A stretch of 64,000 bases of DNA from assembly GCA_965219455.1 (NCBI GenBank), contig OZ244744.1:5216001-5280000 (forward strand), written 5' to 3'. Below, in pieces: positions 57,858 through 64,000 of the stretch. The position numbers were made by a program, and so were the translations under genes. The notes beneath the pieces are model-generated. The model had not been told where the DNA came from, made no database searches, and saw only the letters and a program-made list of their open reading frames with translations. This DNA is from Candidatus Latescibacterota bacterium (lineage in GTDB: Bacteria; Latescibacterota; UBA2968; GCA-2709665). Each line of letters begins with the position of its first letter. Position 1 is the stretch's first letter.

Positions 57858-57999
57858 GAGTTGGCCAAGTCACTTGTCTCTCAGTCCCGTCGCCATTCTT
57901 TGCGACGGGTGCCTTCCCCCTTTTTCTACGTCTTCCCCGCCGAATATCCTGCTGCAAAGTGCGCCATCGGAATGAAATCCCTTGTCGGATTGTGCAATA

Positions 58000-58644
58000 A
58001 TGAACCTGTCTGGACCGAAGGCTGTCTACTGCCTGGGCGTACTGGCCTCGGGAGGGGGAACCAATCTGCAGGCGATACTCGACCGGAGCGCTTCGGGTCG
58101 GCTGCCGGCGCGTGTGGGCGTTGTGATCGGCAACAATAGCCGATCGGGCGCTCTGGCCCGCGCACGCCTGGCTGGCATTCCCGCATTCCACCTGAGCGGT
58201 GTGACGCACCCGCGACCCGGCGCCCTCGACCGGGCAATCGCGGAAACGCTCAGGTCCCACGGCATCGACCTGGTGGTTCTGGCGGGTTATTTGAAGAAAC
58301 TTGGCCCCGTGACGCTCGAGAGCTATAAAGACCGGATCGTCAACATACACCCCGCGCTCCTTCCCGCATTCGGTGGCAAGGGGATGTACGGGCACCGTGT
58401 CCACGAAGCCGTCGTCCGGAGTGGCGTCGGGGTCTCCGGTGCGACCGTGCATCTCGTGGATGGGGAATACGACACCGGTCCGGTTATTTTGCAGCGAAGG
58501 GTTCGCGTTGCGCCCGAAGATTCGCCCGATTCCCTCGCACGCAAGGTACTGGCCGTGGAGTACGAGTTGTATGCCGAAGCAATCGGTTTGTTCGCGGAAG
58601 GCAAAATACACGTCCAGGGCCGGGAGGTCCGAATTTTAAACTGA
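58000..58644 (+). CDS. purN: Phosphoribosylglycinamide formyltransferase
   Basis: LASGGGTNLQA, LAGY, NIHPALLP.FGG, G.TVHLVD..YD.GP.I.Q. Confidence 0.96.
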   Translation: MNLSGPKAVYCLGVLASGGGTNLQAILDRSASGRLPARVGVVIGNNSRSGALARARLAGIPAFHLSGVTHPRPGALDRAIAETLRSHGIDLVVLAGYLKKLGPVTLESYKDRIVNIHPALLPAFGGKGMYGHRVHEAVVRSGVGVSGATVHLVDGEYDTGPVILQRRVRVAPEDSPDSLARKVLAVEYELYAEAIGLFAEGKIHVQGREVRILN

Positions 58645-58765
58645 ATTTCTGTCCCGGAAACAGTATTGGCGAAATTCGGCCGGCGAGTTGCCCGGCTCGC
58701 AAGGGAAAGCAGCGAGACGGAATGGACCGGCGGAAGGATGGTGACATATTTTCGGGACAGGAAAC
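58644..58765. mobile_element. MITE-like dispersed repeat, copy 3 (about 122 bp, diverged)
   Basis: ctgtcccggaaa ... tattttcgggacag ends; shares attg.cgaaattc, cgag..gcccggct, gcgagacgg and atggt.acatattt with the other copies. Confidence 0.65.
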
Positions 58766-58784
58766 TTGAGGAGGTTGTGCGTCC

Positions 58785-59663
58785 ATGGCAATGGCGTTGA
58801 CGGAGACGAGGTTGGATGGCGTGCCCCTGTTCGCCAGGGGTAAGGTCCGCGATGTCTACGATTTGGGAGATCGAATTTTGATTGTGGCGACGGATCGAAT
58901 CTCGGCATTTGATTGTGTCGCGCCCAACGGCATACCGGGAAAGGGCGCTATTTTGACAGAGATGTCACTCTTCTGGTTCGAGAAACTCGCACATCTGGCC
59001 GCCCATCATCTGATTACGGCGAACGTAGACGAATATCCTTCTGAGTTGCAGGCTTATCGGGAACAGCTCGAATCGAGATCGATGCTGGTGATGAAGGCTG
59101 ACCGGGTGGATATCGAGTGTGTCGCACGGGGATATCTTGCCGGATCCGGATGGAAGGATTACACAGAAACCGGCGCCGTATGCGGGGTGCAGCTGCCCGA
59201 CGGGCTCGAGGAGTCCGGTCGGCTGGACCGGCCGATCTTTACGCCGGCCACGAAAGCCGTAACCGGCCACGACGAAAACATCTCGTTCGATCAGATGTGC
59301 AACGTCGTGGAGCCGGGCCTTGCGTCCCGGTTGCGGGATTTAACGCTGGAGATCTACGCCGCCGCCCGTACGTTCGCCGAGGGCAAGGGCATTATAATAG
59401 CCGATACCAAGTTCGAATTCGGCCTTCGGGACGGTGAAGTGATCCTGATCGACGAGATTCTTTCCCCAGATTCTTCCCGCTTCTGGGACCGGGAACTCTA
59501 TGCGCCGGGCCGATCGCAGGACAGTTTCGACAAGCAGTTTGTCCGCGATTATCTGGAGACCCTCGATTGGGACAAAACCCCGCCCGCCCCGGAGTTGCCA
59601 GACGAGATTGTCGATAAAACCCTGGACAAGTATCGCGACGTTCGAGATCGATTGCTTGGCTAA
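58785..59663 (+). CDS. purC: SAICAR synthetase
   Basis: GKVRD.Y, ATDRISAFD, EC.ARGY..GS, FTP.TKA, ADTKFEFG, DE.L.PDSSRFW, DKQFVRD. Confidence 0.97.
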   Translation: MAMALTETRLDGVPLFARGKVRDVYDLGDRILIVATDRISAFDCVAPNGIPGKGAILTEMSLFWFEKLAHLAAHHLITANVDEYPSELQAYREQLESRSMLVMKADRVDIECVARGYLAGSGWKDYTETGAVCGVQLPDGLEESGRLDRPIFTPATKAVTGHDENISFDQMCNVVEPGLASRLRDLTLEIYAAARTFAEGKGIIIADTKFEFGLRDGEVILIDEILSPDSSRFWDRELYAPGRSQDSFDKQFVRDYLETLDWDKTPPAPELPDEIVDKTLDKYRDVRDRLLG

Positions 59664-59684
59664 CCCGTTAGGAACTGAATCTCT

Positions 59685-60728
59685 ATGGCATTTTTTCTTT
59701 CCAGACTGCTGTCCAAGGACATTTCCAGACTGCTGTCCAACGACATTGGTATTGATCTGGGTACGGCCAATACCCTGGTTTATGTCAAAGGACAGAATAT
59801 CGTGGTAGATGAGCCTTCGGTGGTGGCGCTGGATCGCAATTCCCACGAACCGCTGGCCATCGGTTCTCACGCCAAGCAGATGATGGGGCGCCAGAACCCG
59901 GATATTGAGGTGATACGTCCACTTCGAAACGGAGTAATTGCCGATTTCGATGTGACCGAAGAGATGCTTCGGCATTTCATCCGAAAGGTGCAAAAAAACA
60001 GGCTTCTCGTACGCCCGCGAATCGTGATATGCGTGCCTTCGGGGGTGACCGCCGTCGAAATGCGCGCCGTCCGGGAGTCCGCGGAGCGTGCGGGCGCCCG
60101 TGAGGTGTATATCATCAAGGAACCCATGGCGGCAGCCATAGGGATCGGCCTGCCCGTGGAAGAGGCAGTGGGGTCCATGGTGATTGACATCGGAGGCGGT
60201 ACCACCGAAATCGCGGTGATTGCCCTGTCGGGCATCGTGACCTCGAGGTCGATCAAAATAGCGGGAGATGGGATGAACCAGGCAATTATCACGATGCTCA
60301 GACGCAAGCACAATCTTCTGGTAGGAGAACGGAGCGCGGAGCAGATCAAATGTGAAATCGGTTCTGCCGGGAAACTGGATAGCGAATTCCAGCATCCTTG
60401 CCGCGGTTTGGATACGGTCAGCTTTATCCCGAAAACCATTATCGTCGATTCGGTCGAAATTCGGGAGGCTCTCAATGGGACGGTGAATTCCATTCTGGAA
60501 GCGGTGCGGCAGACCCTGGAGCATACACCGCCTGAGCTCGCTGCCGATATTCTCGATCGTGGCATCATTATGACGGGTGGCGGTGCATTGCTGCGCGGGT
60601 TGGACCACAGGCTGATGGAGGAAACCGGCTTGCCGGTGATCGTGGCAGACGACCCGCTCACCTGTGTTGTCCGCGGCACCGGGCGCGTTCTTGAAAATAT
60701 CGACCAGTATCAGAAGTTGCTATTGTAA
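59685..60728 (+). CDS. mreB: Rod shape-determining protein MreB
   Basis: IGIDLGTANT, EPSVVA, RPL..GVIADF, EPMAAAIG, DIGGGTTE, TGGGALL. Confidence 0.98.
   Translation: MAFFLSRLLSKDISRLLSNDIGIDLGTANTLVYVKGQNIVVDEPSVVALDRNSHEPLAIGSHAKQMMGRQNPDIEVIRPLRNGVIADFDVTEEMLRHFIRKVQKNRLLVRPRIVICVPSGVTAVEMRAVRESAERAGAREVYIIKEPMAAAIGIGLPVEEAVGSMVIDIGGGTTEIAVIALSGIVTSRSIKIAGDGMNQAIITMLRRKHNLLVGERSAEQIKCEIGSAGKLDSEFQHPCRGLDTVSFIPKTIIVDSVEIREALNGTVNSILEAVRQTLEHTPPELAADILDRGIIMTGGGALLRGLDHRLMEETGLPVIVADDPLTCVVRGTGRVLENIDQYQKLLL
59698..59745 (+). repeat. 24-bp tandem duplication within the mreB 5' end
   Basis: tttccagactgctgtccaaggaca followed by tttccagactgctgtccaacgaca (23/24 identical). Confidence 0.9.
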
Positions 60729-60750
60729 TCGATAATGGTTTGGATGACCG

Positions 60751-61560
60751 ATGCAACGGCTGCTTGGCTTTATACATGGACACCGGGCTCTTGTCGTGTT
60801 GGGCGTGGCCATCTTTGTTTCTCTGAGTCTCATGGCGCTCAGCCAATCTGATGCGTTGGAATTGGCAAGAGGCATCGCCACCGGGCTTATGAAAGCCGGA
60901 CACGGATTGTTCTCATGGCCCATGGAACTCTCCAGGATGCGCCATGAAAATCATATCTTGCGGGAACAGAATCTGCGGATCTCGCTCGAGTTGCTGGAAC
61001 TCCGTGAAGCGCGGATGGAGAATCTTCGACTTCGCGAGTTACTCGACTTTCGAACGAAGGCCGAAGGCACCTATCTGGTGGCAAAGGTGATTGCCCGGGA
61101 TCCGAATCGCGTACTGAACACGGTACTCCTGGATTTGGGTGCGGCGGCCGGGGTGGCGAAACGCATGCCGGTGGTAACCGCGGAGGGGCTCGTCGGACGT
61201 GTACTTGAAGTTCACCCCCGGACCTCCGTGGTTCAGTTGTTGCTGGATCGCAATTGCAGAGTGAGCGCGATCGTGCAGCGTAGCGAACGGACGTCAGGAA
61301 TTGTAACGTGCGAAAACGGCAGCTTTTTCTTGAGGCATGTGTCAGTACGAAGCGAGGTGTCCGAGGGCGATAGGATTATTTCCTCGGGCCTGGGCGGTGT
61401 GTTTCCCAGGGGTCTCTTCATTGGCACGGTAACCCGTGTGGGCGAACCCGATCAGGCGCTCTTCAGGGAAGTTCAGCTGATACCCGGCGTCGATTTTTTC
61501 AATCTGGAGGAGGTCTTCGTACTCAAGCCCGCGGCAGCCAATAATGGCAATGAGGGTTGA
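60751..61560 (+). CDS. mreC: Rod shape-determining protein MreC
   Basis: N-terminal TM, coiled coil EN.RLR.LL, A.VI.RD, GLVG.V, SGLGG.FP.G..IG.V, LEEV.V. Confidence 0.93.
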   Translation: MQRLLGFIHGHRALVVLGVAIFVSLSLMALSQSDALELARGIATGLMKAGHGLFSWPMELSRMRHENHILREQNLRISLELLELREARMENLRLRELLDFRTKAEGTYLVAKVIARDPNRVLNTVLLDLGAAAGVAKRMPVVTAEGLVGRVLEVHPRTSVVQLLLDRNCRVSAIVQRSERTSGIVTCENGSFFLRHVSVRSEVSEGDRIISSGLGGVFPRGLFIGTVTRVGEPDQALFREVQLIPGVDFFNLEEVFVLKPAAANNGNEG

Positions 61561-61605
61561 GCGCGTCGGGCACGGCTCGGCAACCGGCGCGCCGCTTTCC
61601 CCTTG

Positions 61606-63078
61606 CTAGGAACGTACGGCTTTCTTAATTTCCCTGAGGCGTTTGGCTTCAGGGGATTTTTTATATTGTGCATCCAGCGGGAAACAACCCGATATCAGTC
61701 CGTGCCGAGGTGCGGTGGTGCAATCGCTGAACGTCCGACAAACGATTCTGGTATTTAATTTTCCGCTTCTGAGGACGTCCAGAGGAAGCTGTGGGTAGGA
61801 AAGGACCATCCTGCCCAGTCCGATAAAGTCAACGTGCTTTTCGCGTACGAGGGCTTGAGCGACGTGCGGCAGGAATTCCTGAAGGTAAGAATACCCCGTA
61901 CCCACTACGATCAGGTTGGGATGCCGCGTCTTGATCCGCCGGACGACGTCGATCTGGCGTGCGACGCCCACAAGAGGGTCTTCAGGCGGTTGGTATCCAT
62001 CTGAAGGGGGATAGTACGCGGGCCGCTGAATGTGGGGGTTGTAATACGGGCTGCCGGCCGAAAGATTGACCAGCCGGATATTCAGGTGTTCAAGCAAGTC
62101 CAGAAACTGATAGGGTTCGGTGAGATCCGGAACGACGGGCATGGACGGGTTGGCGCCGAACGCGAATGCATAGGGCAGGCAGTGGCCGAAGTCTTCTGGA
62201 ATGCCAGGTCCCTGTTTGCGACCTTCGGATCGTTTCGGATCCGGTCGATACGGAACAAAGTCGAAAGCGCTCAGACGTACGCCAATTTGGAGATCCGGAG
62301 CAACGGCCCGGATGCCCTGGACAATTTCCCGGAGGAAACGCGTCCGGTTTTCAAACGTGCCGCCAAAGGGACCGCTACGGGTAACGGCGCTCAGGAATTC
62401 GTGGCCCAAATATCCGTGGCAATGCTTGATGTCCACGAATTGATAGCCCAAATCAGCGGCCATTCGGGCGGCCGTCACATAGTCGTCGATAACGGATCGT
62501 ATCTCGCCGTCTGACATCACGGGGTGATTCGGATCCAAGCCGAATTTTCGGTCAAGGATGGGATGACGGTACAGGATCCGGGGTTCCATCCTGCCTGCGT
62601 GTGTGGGTCGGCAGAACCGTCCCGAGTGCGTGAGCTGCAGCCCCACCAACAGATCGTCCGTGTCGCCAACGTGCAGTCGGTGGGCCTCACGAAGTGTGTC
62701 CAGCAGTTCTGCGAGGCCGTTTCGGGTATGGTCAGCGGCGTACAGCTGGTTGGGGTTAGCGCGTGCTTCGGGTCGAACGGCGATCGCCTCGCCTCCCCAA
62801 ATGAGTTTTGCGCCGCTGAGACCGAAATTGCGCCACCGGCGACGGGTGTTTTCCGACGGATTGCCGTCCGTAAGGCCGTCCCAGCCTTCCATCGGATGGA
62901 TTGCAAACCGATTGCCGATGGACGCCGGAGTGAACGGAAAAGGCTGTGCGAGCGGAGATTCGGACGCGGTGAGGATGTCCTGGTCGCAGGGCAACTCCAG
63001 ACGAAGGGTCTCGAGGCGTTTCCGAAACGCGTCGACGGTCTTCAGGTGTCCAATGCGGACGATTTCTCCAGTTGGCAT
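61606..63078 (-). CDS. NADH:flavin oxidoreductase (Old Yellow Enzyme family)
   Basis: NRF...PMEG.D, QLTHSGR, DIK.CHGYL..EFL, GG.FENR.RF, D..GLGR. Confidence 0.9.
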   Translation of the reverse strand: MPTGEIVRIGHLKTVDAFRKRLETLRLELPCDQDILTASESPLAQPFPFTPASIGNRFAIHPMEGWDGLTDGNPSENTRRRWRNFGLSGAKLIWGGEAIAVRPEARANPNQLYAADHTRNGLAELLDTLREAHRLHVGDTDDLLVGLQLTHSGRFCRPTHAGRMEPRILYRHPILDRKFGLDPNHPVMSDGEIRSVIDDYVTAARMAADLGYQFVDIKHCHGYLGHEFLSAVTRSGPFGGTFENRTRFLREIVQGIRAVAPDLQIGVRLSAFDFVPYRPDPKRSEGRKQGPGIPEDFGHCLPYAFAFGANPSMPVVPDLTEPYQFLDLLEHLNIRLVNLSAGSPYYNPHIQRPAYYPPSDGYQPPEDPLVGVARQIDVVRRIKTRHPNLIVVGTGYSYLQEFLPHVAQALVREKHVDFIGLGRMVLSYPQLPLDVLRSGKLNTRIVCRTFSDCTTAPRHGLISGCFPLDAQYKKSPEAKRLREIKKAVRS

Positions 63079-63347
63079 GAGTTCATCCCTGCTGCAGTCG
63101 AATGCGGTCGCGGTTTTCTCGAACGTGATTTTCTTCCGCCGGGGTTCAGCGTCGTTCCCGTTCAAAAACCGAAAGACAAATTACAAATTTCGGTTCGGGC
63201 AATGACACACGGGGTTCAATAAACCGGTCAGAAGCGGTGTTGGAACCCGGGTGCAAGAACCTGTATCACCGCCCGCACATTTGCGGTTTCCAAATATAGT
63301 GAATCGACAATGACGGCGCAATTCTCCAATCTGATCGGGAGACGGGT

Positions 63348-64000
63348 ATGACATTGGCGCACGGCACACGAGTCTGGTGTTCCCGCCGTGACTTTCTGGA
63401 GTGTACGGGCAGAGGAATCTCCGTAGGGGAGAACAACGTTCGGCTCAGGCGGGGGGTTACGGTCGCGGACGAAATGGGCAACTGCAGTCTGAACGATCGG
63501 GAGGCCGTCTTCGGGCTGCGGCAAGCCCGAAAGATATTCTCCATCCCTGCATTGGGCGCTTCCCGCGCGCTCCTGTGCCCGTATCTCCTGTGTGACACAG
63601 CGGACGGGGAGTTGGAGATTGAAGTGAACGGTCATTCGCTGACGGTCGGCTGGCCCGGCGACCGTACTTATTGGGAGGACCGTTGGCGGCCACTGGAGAT
63701 TCCTGCCTGCTGGCTTAGCGCGGGCGAAAACGAGGTGATATTCAGAGCGGTGGCCGATGCGGCCTGGACATTGTTGGTGGAAGAGAGCGTTCAGCCAAAG
63801 CGAAGCGCCGTCAGTGAAGATGGCGGTCAGACCTGGCGTTCCGGGGATATGGGCGTAAACGACCGCGCTTGCGGAGAATATATGGTTCGGCTCTGGCTGG
63901 ATCAATATGCGGAGGCGGGCGAGGTCTGTTCCAGTGCGGTGGATCTGCTTGGTCTTGTCTCCACGGGTGGGATTGCCGCCGCGGGCAACGTGACCACTAT
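63348..64000 (+). CDS. Hypothetical protein, 3'-truncated by window edge
   Basis: Hand translation from ATG 63348 (GGGAG RBS) stays open to the window end: MTLAHGTRVW...IEVNG...G.NEV.F...SEDGGQTW. It is missing from the ORF track because there is no stop codon. Confidence 0.7.
   Translation, partial: MTLAHGTRVWCSRRDFLECTGRGISVGENNVRLRRGVTVADEMGNCSLNDREAVFGLRQARKIFSIPALGASRALLCPYLLCDTADGELEIEVNGHSLTVGWPGDRTYWEDRWRPLEIPACWLSAGENEVIFRAVADAAWTLLVEESVQPKRSAVSEDGGQTWRSGDMGVNDRACGEYMVRLWLDQYAEAGEVCSSAVDLLGLVSTGGIAAAGNVTT

Noticed and set aside
1-64000. CRISPR array, tRNA/rRNA, prophage, integrase or anti-phage defence genes
   Set aside because: No regularly spaced repeats, cloverleaf or rRNA signatures, or matching protein motifs were seen by eye.

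Overview
This is a gene-dense bacterial chromosomal window of moderately high GC, with about 51 protein-coding genes. I saw no rRNA, tRNA, CRISPR array, transposase or prophage genes. A secreted cohesin-like protein with an NMPNPFNP/FlgD-type C-terminal domain and a DUF2723 glycosyltransferase suggest an FCB-related lineage such as Latescibacterota (inference only). Housekeeping content includes gmd, a CNT nucleoside transporter, AlkD-like repair protein, phnA, argE-like, single-domain MetE-like, ggt, anmK, a ccsA-sirC-hemA-hemC-cobA/hemD tetrapyrrole operon, pcm, galU, purN, purC and mreBC. The most notable items are: (1) two paralogous ABC transporters with an N-terminal PH-like plus Zn-ribbon extension followed by DUF1854, with no cyanophycin genes in the window; (2) a triple-thioredoxin/GILT-like Cys-rich protein next to a Pcm carrying a lipoprotein-like signal, a candidate extracytoplasmic protein-repair module; (3) a three-copy MITE-like element at gene 3' ends, one copy carrying nested REP-like hairpins and two copies supplying stop codons; (4) a double-length UvrA; (5) a 24-bp tandem duplication in the MreB N-terminal membrane helix; (6) a TMEM260-like DUF2723-TPR plus GT2 pair. 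Family assignments come from motif recognition by eye, not from database searches.
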